From Epiperipatus broadwayi (lineage: Eukaryota; Animalia; Onychophora), in assembly GCA_028023455.1 (NCBI GenBank), contig JAQFVV010000010.1, positions 17,174,001 to 17,238,000 on the forward strand: DNA of 64,000 nt, given 5' to 3'. Each line of letters starts with the position of its first letter. The stretch's first letter is position 1. The notes under the pieces were generated by a model. It searched no databases. It worked only from the letters and a program-made list of their open reading frames with translations, and was not told where the DNA came from. The translations under genes were made by a program, and so were the position numbers. Positions 26,839 through 37,560 of this stretch are shown here, piece after piece.

Positions 26839-27851
26839 GGAAACTAATTACTAAGCCGGGCTTGACTGCTTGATGGTATTCTGACTAGCCAAGAAAGCTT
26901 TGGAAATGCCCTTTATGTAGCCTAGACTTACGGCTAAGAAAACAGTTCTGTTTATCTTAGCAATTGCACACCACTTGATAGCGTTGCACAGAAATATTAT
27001 GGCTTGTTTTGTGCTTCGTGACACTTTATGTGAATTCCACAATTCACAGTTGGCTATCGTATCATCTGATAGTGTCTGGATTTCAAGTAGTCACAACTTT
27101 TGAAATCTCCATGGTAGAGTAATTTCATTTATACTTAAATCAGGCAGTATGACCCTAAAAATTGTCACACCGTCCCCACTCTTCACTACGTGCAAAACAT
27201 TGGCAAAAGGGTAGGGACGAACAGGATTTGACCTAGCTCACATGAAAACTGACCCTTTCACAAGAAAATATGAGACAAATAAAATGGCGCATGGCAGCAA
27301 GGTATTCGATTCACACAGATTTCTAAGACAACAGGTTGTGATTCTATGACATAAACCAGTACAAAAAAAAAAATAAAAAAGTCAGAAGTTTTGATCTTAA
27401 ATGTATTGGGGGAGGGGGGGGGAGTAGAGGGAGGGAGGTTGAGAAATATTTTGTCTTTTTGGTTTGTTTTTATTTTTTAAAAAAAGGTAATAGAAATTGG
27501 TTTTAAAAATAAAAGTTTTACTATATCAGCGGCAAAGATGTGTTTGTGTATAATTTTGATTATTATAGTAATTTGCTAGTAGGACGGAACAAAAAAAATC
27601 CTAAAAATAAAAAAATTAAAGATGTAGTAGAAAAAAACAAAAGAATAAAATAATTTAATCAATAGTAAAAAGTGATTTTAAAAATTGTTAAATAGATATC
27701 GCATAATACAAATAAAGCCAAAAAAAAAGTTGCCATATAGGGAAAAAAAGTCACCATATTTTAAAAATCGCAGCCTGGTAACTTTGCATTGTATTGTTTT
27801 TGACTGGCAACAAAGCCATCAAGCGACCAGACCCGCTAAGTAATTAGTACC
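26839..27851. mobile_element. Non-autonomous TIR DNA transposon (GG...CC termini) inserted in the 3' LTR
   Basis: Imperfect ~35-bp TIRs: GGAAACTAATTACTAAGCCGGGC..GCTTGATGG on the left, and the right end's reverse complement GGTACTAATTACTTAGCGGGTC..GCTTGATGG. Flanked by ATTCTCT and ATTCTTT (a 7-bp TSD with one mismatch), where the 5' LTR has a single ATTCTTT. Superfamily uncertain. Confidence 0.8.
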
Positions 27852-28224
27852 ATTCTTTGTTATTTGTTGTAGTATGCTCTAATTTCTGAGAAATTATAAT
27901 TGAATGTACTGTGGACAAAGAAACCAAAAATAAAAATGTTAACAACATTCCAGAAGAAAAAAAAATGACTGGGAAGATCAAAAAAATCATTTTGCCACCA
28001 AATGGATGTTCATTCCGGACTTATGCCAATAGCAGATATTTTCCTTTCTCCAACAAAAAAAAAATAGATTTCTTCTTTTGGATCAAGCAAACTTATTTTT
28101 ATGAAAATCCCAGGTTCCTGAAGGTAAATATAATTTTCCTTGCATTAAGTGAACTTAGAATTACATATTGTTACCCTCAAAAATGTTTTTTTATTGTTAA
28201 AATATTTATTAAACTGTATTGTAT

Positions 28225-28571
28225 TACATTCAAAGATCAGCCTTTCAAGCTAATTGTGCATGTGTCTTCTGCAAGTGTTAAATAATAAATGAATATTTCA
28301 CTCCACAATACAAGATATAGTATTTATGCAGGAATAAAAGGAATCCTCTTATTCCTATGACTCAAATTCTTCAGATTTGCTCATATAAAAGAATTTGAGT
28401 CGTAAGAATAAGGATTCCTTTTATTCCTACATAAATACTATATCTTGTACTGTGGAGTGAAGTATTCATTTATTATTTAACACTCACAGAAGACGCATGC
28501 ACAATTAGCTTGAAAGGCTGTTCTTTGAATGTAATACAATTGTACGCATAGCATCATATAAAAATAAATGC
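28225..28571. mobile_element. Palindromic (fold-back) insertion with 16-bp TSD
   Basis: ~147-bp inverted arms (28225-28371 and 28389-28536) plus a 35-bp tail. TTAAACTGTATTGTAT occurs at 28209-28224 and 28572-28587. Absent from the 5' LTR. Same family as 44783-44966. Confidence 0.9.
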
Positions 28572-31500
28572 TTAAACTGTATTGTATAATTGTATTCTTT
28601 TACATTCTACTCCATATTTATATGATCTATTATATTTAATAAATTTTGTTTTTCTTTTATGTTAGATTTCAATATGTGAATTATAGAATTTTTCTTTCAT
28701 GAATATTTAATTTAATAAAATAAAAAAGAATAAAATTGTCTAATTACCTTGAAACCGTAATCATTTATTGAACCTTAGTGAATAGATTTATCGTTTATGC
28801 TTGCCTACTTCTCTTTTCCTGCCAACACCTCGCAAAACTAGCTAAATACATCCTATACGAGTAGGCACCTATATTAAATATATTTTAAATCCGAACCTTA
28901 AGTTTGATGAAATAATTTTATTGCTTATTAATGGAATGAATGCTCAGAGGAGGGAAAGTCAAAGCAGTTAATTTTAAATTATATGCAATCTAGTTTGAGA
29001 GACATAGAAAGAGGGGGGAAAGATCGTTCATATACGCAAATTTCACTGTATATCTCCGTTCATCTGATAGGTTTCCTCCCAGCCCTGAGAGTGAGGTAGC
29101 TAGGTCGGGCACCTGAGTGGAGGTATTTTAAGATCATTTAAAATATTAGGGAAAGTATAATTCTTGCTGTATTAATGAGATTGGTGCTTGAGGTCAGTTG
29201 CTACCTGACACTCATAAATATTCTTTTTTTGGAAGATTTTTTTGTTTGTTTTACTGATGGAATAGTGGCCACTGAGAAAATTTAAATTTGATATGGTAGG
29301 CAGTGTTCAAATACTGCCTACAGGTGATATGGTGACTAAACAACCATAGTTTTATATTCGTTATCCCATGAGGTCTACATATCCATTTTTAAACATATCT
29401 ATTTTGTGCAGACATTGTAATTGATACTGGGGATCGCCTGTTAAAATTGATTACATTATATCATATCCCACATATTACTGGTGAATAGTTGCTTGAAATT
29501 ATTGGTAATCAAATATCATATAGATATTGTAACTTTTGCTTTTCATTATCAATTTTCATCACAAAAATAAAATATCCATATGCAGGCATAATTTTTAAAA
29601 CTATTAATATTAACATTATCTCATTAATATATTTTGTGTTCAATTTTCTTTAAAAATTTGATGTAATTTTTATCAAATATACTCAATGTATTTAAAAACA
29701 TTACTTAATAAGTCAGTTTTCATTATGTATTGAACATTTAAACATATATAAAAACAATTTTATTCTGAAAATAATTTTTTTAAAACAATTTTGTTAAGAA
29801 TGTTTGTAGATAGTTTATTTTATAATATACACATAATACATTATTTCATTTTAAAATTAATTTTTTTCTTGCATGTACATGTTTATGACTGTTCTGCCTG
29901 TATATATATATTAAAAATACATATGATAAAGCATTTAGTACTATTCACAGATTTAGATTATCTATGGATTCCATTGTATATTGTTTATAGGGGGAGTGTA
30001 ATTTTTTAACAAGTGATGTTTTTAATACATTTGTATTTTTTTTTTAATACCTGCTGATTTGTTTGCAATTAAAAAAATAGATTTTAGAAGATATATGGAT
30101 AATTGACTGAACTTACATATAAGTAACAACAATCTAATTTACAAGTATTAATTTCTTTCATTCACATATTTAATATCATCCACTTTTGATAAATGCAATA
30201 ATGATTATTAATATTTTTTTATTAGATTAGATATTACTGTACAATTTTTTGCCCAGATTGGGACCTGAACCAACTGTTAAGTGCTGTTTCAGCAGAAATC
30301 CATCTCGAAGACCATTTATTTTTTCAGATATCTTTATCCAGGTGTTCCACATGTAACAATGATAAAAATAAATTTTAAATATATCTAATATACATATGTG
30401 GGTGTGTCTAAAATCAAGGTCAGTAACCAGCTATTTGTTTTAATGTACAAATAATGAATTTAAAAAAAATCACTAAAAAATCTTCAATAAATTATTGTCT
30501 TCACTTGTCTAATGAAAAATAAATAATAGGATATAAAATACTAATTTATTATATGCACAAACATAACCTTGCCCTTGCACATAAAGATCTAAATCTTTAT
30601 AAAGAGACATATAACTAGATGAAAATATTATGTTATGCTGAAGTGAACTAATAAATAAATTGTATATTCTTTGACTTTCATTCATTTGTTCTTTTGTGTA
30701 TTTTTTAATTGTAAACACATATCAAATTTGTTTCACAGTTTGCTCTTCTATTCAATTTCATCTATTATGCTTTAACTCAAACATATGGCATCTTTTACTA
30801 TTAATATTTGAATACTTCAGTGTGTATTGTTTTTGAAATTGTTCACAACAAATAGTTCTGGTATAAATACTTTATACATAGCCATGGTGATAAAATAGAT
30901 AAGCAGAAAAATACATAGAATGATAATTTATTGGGAAGGTGTAACAATGTCACATTGTATTGATGCAAATTTGTTTAAACTATTTTGAATTTAAATAAAA
31001 CATACTTTATCAGTGGGTATATAAGATTTAAGCATTCGTTGTATTTGGGAACTAATCAACTATTGCCTGTTCGGTGATAGTGGGAGAAAAAAATATTTAT
31101 TGTATAGTTCCAACTATATAAAAACAAGATCCCTCTTAAATAATCAAATATTCAAATATATATTCATTATCCACTTAGGCAAGAAAAAAGAAATCCAATT
31201 TTTTTTAAAAAAAAATTGTTCATTTATTCTTGTTCATCTTTCTCTTAATTATTTACTTAGATTTTGCAAGCATTCTCAAGTGCTATACATATGATTATCA
31301 GCCAGATGATGGTTCTGATTAGGAGCCAAAAAAAGTTAATGTGTATCAAGTATTTTATTATAAAACTTGCAATTAATAGAATAGTTTACTTAGAATTCTT
31401 GACAATGCCTATTAATAAAAAAATCCATAAAATCTGCAAACATCAAAACCATACATAAATGATTTCTGTATTATTTATATATAAGTAATCATTCAAACTT

Positions 31501-31788
31501 ATTTTTTAATGTATTCTGCACAATCAATCATTAGAATTGGCTGACAAATTTGGAATGACATTTATTTTAATTACATGTAATAATGACCAAAGACATATAC
31601 AAGCACTAAAAAACTGAAATTTCAGACCATATCTGAAAGTGGCAATCCTAGTTATATGTGAGATCTAGCAAAACAAAAAATTTATGAAATAAAAAACAGT
31701 ATAGCATTTTTTCTCAATAAATTATGGTAAACAGATGATAAATTTAATGAGCTTCTGGAACCAAATAATTTGTTCTATCAGTACTCAC

Positions 31789-31821
31789 TGAATATGCTTT
31801 TTGGCAACCAAATACAATACA
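31789..31821 (-). other. Candidate 33-nt micro-exon of a host gene
   Basis: cctttatttag|TGTATTGTATTTGGTTGCCAAAAAGCATATTCA|gtgagt, open in all three phases. Confidence 0.3.
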
Positions 31822-32974
31822 CTAAATAAAGGCTATGATTTGATGTTAACGGATTTTTGACATTTCTAAATACTCTAATCCTAACTAGACCAAAGTACAA
31901 AGGTCTTCGAAGTTTTGAGAACCCAAATTTAAAACTTTCATATATATTTATTTTGTTAATTATAAATATAAATATTAGATTATAAAATCTTTTTAAAAAA
32001 ATAGTTCGAAATTACTAAAAGTACTTAAAACTAAACTTAAAAAAAAATAACTTTTTTAATCAAATTGTTAACTATTACTATAATTAAAAGATATTATTTC
32101 AATCTTGTGATTTACATCAATTTCAATTATTATATTAGAAAAAAAAAAAGAAAAGTATATATATAATTACACAAATGTGTAAATTATTAACATTTCACCA
32201 CAAACATACAGGGTGATATCTGATGAAAATGAACCATCATAATTATCAACTTACATTACATAAAGCTTTTTATCCTTAAATAAGTATTAATGCTTATATA
32301 TTCAGCATCTTGTTAATTTAAGACATAACATTAAATCATGAACCCAATAACTATAAGTTTACAACCTGTCCCACAACAACAGTGAAGGAAACTATGCTCA
32401 GGGTTCTTTAACAGAAAAACATAGACCTTCATCCAATCATCTTTACCTAGATACCTATTTACTAACCAATATTATATTGGTGAAATTGTCTAAGGGTTAG
32501 CTAAAAAAAATCAAGAACTAACTTGAAAAAATATTTAGCTATATAAATAAAAAAAAAATTCTGAGCTTCACCAGAATCTGCACATCCAAGCCATGGTCAT
32601 AGAAAGCTTATAGTATACCACACAGCCTCCTAGTTACAATTATTAACTTTATACTTGTTTATTCCATTCTAACTACTACCATATATACATATTTCAAGTG
32701 TCAGCAACCAAAATACAGTCATGAAGCACAGACTAAAAATGTAAGTGAATATAATATCCCCCTTCTCTTCCTCATTTAGGCTTAAAAATAGTTTGCAACT
32801 TTATAAACATTTATTAAAATAATATAACATTATCAGTAAAATATGAACATTTTGTGAACTAATCTACATAATACAAATACGTTATTAAAAATAAGGGGTA
32901 CATTAGGAAAACTATAACTTATTATTAACATTTCTCTTGCATTTTATATATACACATTAATATAAATTACTTAC

Positions 32975-32995
32975 CCTTTGGTCTCTGAAGGCTTG
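32975..32995 (-). other. Candidate 21-nt micro-exon of a host gene
   Basis: tttttttctcttag|CAAGCCTTCAGAGACCAAAGG|gtaagt. Strong acceptor and donor, and GC-rich relative to the flanks. Confidence 0.45.
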
Positions 32996-33307
32996 CTAAG
33001 AGAAAAAAATCACAATTAGAAAACAATTTATAATATAATAATAGTGGTTATTATTTAATCAAATATTTCTCACAAGAAAAAAGCAAAAAAAAAAAGACAC
33101 AGTAAGTTAAGACTAACAAAAATATCTGATAATCTGTATAATAAGTAAAATACCTTTTTTTTTTTTATAAAGGCCAAATAATTTTTTTAAAATATTTTAA
33201 ATTTGTAATAATGTCATTTCACTGTAATAAAAAACTAATATTTTTGTAAGACATGAAGGTCTAATAACTAATGTATCTAATCAAGTCAGTTATTAAAAAT
33301 CACTTAC

Positions 33308-33328
33308 TCATAAAGAAATACGGCCATT
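33308..33328 (-). other. Candidate 21-nt micro-exon of a host gene
   Basis: tttttaattatggaattag|AATGGCCGTATTTCTTTATGA|gtaagt. Confidence 0.3.
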
Positions 33329-33661
33329 CTAATTCCATAATTAAAAATGAAAAATAATAATAATAATAATCCAAAAATTAAAGTTGTGCAACAACTATAT
33401 GAACCAATCTGTGAAACACAATTATGTCCCTATATCGTAAACACATACTACTTTTATGTGACAACTATCAAATTGATTTTTAGAGTTGTTTAAGTCTTAT
33501 AAGTATTTAAGCTCATATTGCATGTAGAATGAGAAACTCGTTATTTTTCAGAAATATTACCAAAATCATCTTTTCCTTTATTTAATATCTTATATAAATT
33601 TAGTTTATCCAAATCACTTCGAACACTTTTTAGCAAAAACCTTTTATTGTACATATATACA

Positions 33662-33704
33662 CATACACCTAAGTTTCAACTATCATGCAGTCTTCTTCAG
33701 AACT
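33662..33704 (-). ncRNA. Degenerate minimal hammerhead ribozyme motif
   Basis: The minus strand reads CTGAAGA-A-GACTG-CATGA-TAGTT-GAAAC-TTAG-GT-G. The stem II changes fit CpG/C>T decay of CAGTC. The cleavage triplet and helix I are damaged. Confidence 0.55.
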
Positions 33705-33714
33705 ATGATATAAT

Positions 33715-36700
33715 CAACAAAATAAAATACATAACTATATAAATAATACCATAAAAAATGTAAACAATAAAAAACTAAAAACAACATAAAATATATAACA
33801 AAACCTAATAAAACTGAAATAAATATAATTAAATCCAATTAAAATAAACCAGTTAATATAAAATAAAATATACAATATAAACAGAATATAAATATAAAAT
33901 AGGTATTCTTGAATATGTATTGAAACAGTCAGATCTATCAATCATCCTGTTTCACCTACTATTTTATATAATAGTATTTATTTCCATAAATATACACCCA
34001 AGTTCGCGTATATCAAGTTAAAATTAAACATAAATATTGTAATAATCATGTGTGCATGTATTATAGCGTTCATCATTCAACACTTACGTATGCGTGTGAT
34101 AAATTGGTGTATACACACATACGTACTAATTTATTGAATTAATATAAACCTTGCTGTATGTATAACGAAAATGTACATATATACAGAAAAGAAGTAATGC
34201 TATAGGTTTAAAAGCATTATAAATTTAGTTTTATTTTCATATAAAGATAAATTTCAGTTAAATATGTTACATATAGAATAAGATGTTTACGAGTTTTAAA
34301 TATGTTTTCTTAAAAAAAAAAAAATGAAATAAAAATAATCTTTTTTGCTGAATTTTGACCCAATTAAATGTAAAAGACGAAAATAGATTTTAAAATAATT
34401 AAAATAAATTAACCTGGGTTAAAATCAAGGTAACCACCTTTAAAAAAAAAAAAAAATTGATAACTTAGCAAGAGTTCCTGCCTTTGCTAAAAATATTTGT
34501 AAAGTACACGAGAAAAACAAATCTAAGACCGAGAAAGTGGTAAACAAGTTTTGTGGCCAATGTGAAGGGGAGAGGTCAATATAAAAACCTTTTGCTTCAG
34601 CTATTTTGTATCATAATCATTCTTGCTTTATTTTGTTCACTTTAACAAGTTATGTTGAAATTTTCCATGATGAGAGCTGTTGAGTAGTGAGCGATAGATT
34701 TGCTATCTCCTGGAATACTGAGCTATGAAATGGTAGAACATCAACACCCTCATCCCGAGTTACAGAAGTAATGCTGAGGCAACCCAAGATCAAGCGACCA
34801 TGCAAGTCAACTGTAGAAGACAGATTGGTAATCGATTTCTGCAGATTTTAATTCATCATTTAAACTAAGTCTAAAACCTTTAAAGCTAATTAAATTAATA
34901 TGTAAACAGCCACTTTTATTTAAACTATTTATTTAAACTTTCAAAATATTAATTTCTAAAACTCAAATTAAATGTGTCTTTTGTTTTATCTTTTAATTTT
35001 GTAAGTCTTGCCTAATTTAATCTAAACTAAGCAAAATTAAAGCCAAATTCTAATTTTCACTTACGCAAATGAATAACAAATAGTTATTATTCTTTCTAAA
35101 ACTAAGCCTATGCCTATATTATTTGAATTATGCATTTATTGATTTATGCTGTTTTATTCAGAGTGGAGTTTGCTAATATTTAGTGTAATTAGCGAGAGAT
35201 GATTAGATGCTCTCACGTTTATTTAATTCTTCGTTTATTAATGCATATACTTAACTCCCTTCTGAAAAGAATAGATATATAAAACTTAATTTATATATAT
35301 AATTAAGCTGTTACAGCTACTTAATAAGATCGATTTGCTTTAAAGTAAATTATTTAGTTAGTATTTAGCAGACATGATAAAATACAGCATATTATTAGTA
35401 TTTAAACTTGTAATGCTCCCTAAATATGCTGTAGTTGTCCTTAATTTCATACTAATAGCTATACAGATACCTTAACAAACTAGATTTTATTATATTCCTT
35501 TAGTAGCATAATTATTAATGCTATCTCTATGAACTAGCTTATAGTGGTCTCATGGAATGAAACTAAAGAGTTGCGTATAAATTTTAGTTATGTAATTATA
35601 TAGTCAGCGGGGCAAATGTGTTCTTAGGAAGCACATATATGCCTTTACTCCTTGCTGTTATTCTTGTATAAAATGGGCTTGGTTGAAGGTCAACCCATTT
35701 AATTAGTTCGGACAGCATTCATATTTAGGACTGGAGCACAAGGATCTAGATGATTTATTTGTTCATAAGCTGTTCCGATCACCTGGACTAAATGTATCAA
35801 TTTCACAGCAAATAGTATGGTCCATTATGTGGTATGAATCCCATGATTAAGCGCATGTTCAAGATACACAGACTCAGATTAGCAGAGTATCTGAAGTCAT
35901 ACTACTAAACACCAGTTCATCCCTCTGTAATAATTAAATATTTCAGCTTTGATCTTAACTTATATCTAGTTTCGTAAGTTTATTATCTGTATAGAGAGAA
36001 ATGTTAGCTCATCGTAATAAGAATAAGTTAGCTATAATTCGTAATAATCACTTCTGCAATCTAACTATTGCAAATCTTGCAATCTATAACATGGCATAAT
36101 TAAAGCATAGCTAATCGTGAATTGAAATATGAATATATTTTCTAAATGTAACAAATTCTCTACCATAAATAATTTGTGGCTCATGAACATCATCCTCCTC
36201 ACCTGTGTATGAGACAGCTTTATAATTCATTTTATATTTCTCTTTCATTTACTTCCCTTAAATTTGGCTTATATTAAAATTTATAAAACGTAATTATGCT
36301 TAGTGTCTCATTTCTAGCTCATGAGTAATTAATTTCAGAGTCACAGTCAAAATTAATAACATTAGTTCATTAGATCATATCTCCCGTGTGGCTATGGTTT
36401 ATGAGAATATTTGTTTACTACATTTTAGTCTTATGTTTCACTGTTGTGCTACTGCTGGCACATAAATTAAAGAAATACGAGTGTAGCCTCATATATGTCA
36501 TCCGTAAGATAGGAAATCTCTGAGCTTTGGTAAAGGAACTGGGGTGAGATTGGATTTGAGATCTCCACAACTTCATCTCGATCAGCCTTGGGATAATTTG
36601 CTAAAACTCTGGATTTTGTTGCACGAATGTACAGATATGACTGTTACATAGTACACAGTTAAGAATACACATGTATAATTTATATTTTGTTTATATTGTA

Positions 36701-36870
36701 TATTTTATTTTATATTAACTGGATTATTTTATTTGAATTTAATTATATTTATTTCTTTTATTAGATTTTGTTATCTATTTTATATTGTTTTTAGTTTTTT
36801 ATTATTTACATTTTTTGTGGTATTATTATTTATGTAGTTATGTAATTTATTTTATTTTGTTTATTATTTT
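33715..36870. repeat. ~210-bp inverted arms (33715-33920 and 36649-36870): a Penelope-like head-to-head palindrome split by a 2.7-kb insertion
   Basis: The reverse complement of 33715-33920 matches 36649-36870. The left arm continues into the hammerhead motif at 33662-33704. Confidence 0.75.
33921..36648 (+). mobile_element. 2728-bp solo-LTR-like element
   Basis: Termini TGAAACAGTCAGATC and GATATGACTGTTACA are inverted. TATAAAAA lies at 34580-34587 with TCATA/TCATT ~31-37 nt downstream. A minus-strand decayed ORF spans ~36634-35360. The TSD is not preserved (GTAT vs TAGT). Confidence 0.65.
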
Positions 36871-36879
36871 TATAACAGA

Positions 36880-37560
36880 TTCTACAATGAGAAAAGAGAA
36901 TATATATCAGTCTATAAATTATAATGATTTTGTCCTATTTAATAACTTTGAAAGTTATTCAGCCATTTGCCATCTGAATTCTTGAGTAATATTGTATCAC
37001 TACAAAAGTCTTTGCAGAATGTTTTTTTTTTTTCATGTGTCAAAGCATGGGCCGGGAAGCAAACCCGCAAATGCGAGACTTCTTGTAAGGCAGCTGTGCT
37101 GACCACTCAGCCACCAACACTTGACAGGTTTTTGTATGTTGATCGTTAATAAATGTAAATATTCAACTAGCTCTACATAAAAATGCATAAAATGACCAAC
37201 CATGCCTTTGTTTAAACTGATAGCAAGGGTCTTTTTCTCCAACATTAATTTAATGATGTTAAGATTTATAATATTATGTCCTGCTGAAATATCATGATAG
37301 AGTATCAAATTTTATTGGAGATTGATCGATCTCCAAACCATACATAGTTGGCAGTGAGTGATTCCTAAGTAACATTGACTTGATAAATGTTGTCAGATAT
37401 AAATTTATCACATTTAAATTCAAACAATGGGGATTGTATACATTGTCAGCTAACTTATCCTTAATAATAATTTTTCCAACAAGATTTATATTTTTTTGGC
37501 TATCCAGTTAAAGAGTTTTTTTTTGACAATGTTTAAGCTGTTGTTTGTCTTATTTTTAGT
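36880..37560 (-). mobile_element. Possible heavily decayed LINE RT fragment, interrupted by a SINE
   Basis: Minus-strand peptides LEIDQSPIKFDTLS (like xIDFxKAFDTL) and KFISDNI, plus a degenerate YADD-like region near 36905. Confidence 0.3.
37022..37125 (-). mobile_element. Short tRNA-derived SINE
   Basis: A-box TGGCTGAGTGG and degenerate B-box GGTTTGCTTCCC, with an A-rich 3' end. Homologous to 41615-41709. Confidence 0.75.

Larger units (their letters stand above)
17652..29445 (+). mobile_element. Full-length decayed Ty3/Gypsy LTR retrotransposon with nested insertions
   Basis: Two homologous LTRs start TGTAA and end TGTTAAA. The 4-bp TSD ATTG lies at 17648-17651 and 29446-29449. PBS, PPT and the PR-RT-RH-IN order are present. 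No env ORF is seen between integrase and PPT. Confidence 0.95.
26494..29445 (+). repeat. 3' LTR (~1.6-kb core) interrupted by a 1013-bp DNA transposon and a 347-bp palindrome
   Basis: Homologous to the 5' LTR throughout once the two insertions are removed. Confidence 0.9.

Noticed and set aside
30240-30370. Coding exon (open in several frames, e.g. WNTWIKISEKINGLRDGFLLKQHLTVGSGPNLGKKLY on minus)
   Set aside because: Strand and frame cannot be decided, splice sites are weak and no family was recognised. It could be a LINE remnant.
31261-31323. Plus-strand terminal exon DFASILKCYTYDYQPDDGSD*
   Set aside because: The acceptor is good, but no convincing upstream exon in matching phase was found and the peptide is unrecognised.
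32207-32260. Tc1/mariner-type TIR start TA|CAGGGTG
   Set aside because: No matching CACCCTG|TA end was found nearby.
32570-32640. Degenerate tRNA-derived SINE on the minus strand
   Set aside because: The A and B boxes are too degenerate, there is no TSD and there is no clear match to the other SINEs.
33921-36648. Penelope RT/GIY-YIG ORF between the inverted arms
   Set aside because: No PLE RT motifs (DVxSLF, MGSPLS, YVDD) were seen. The segment has its own TG..CA termini and resembles the 19308 element.
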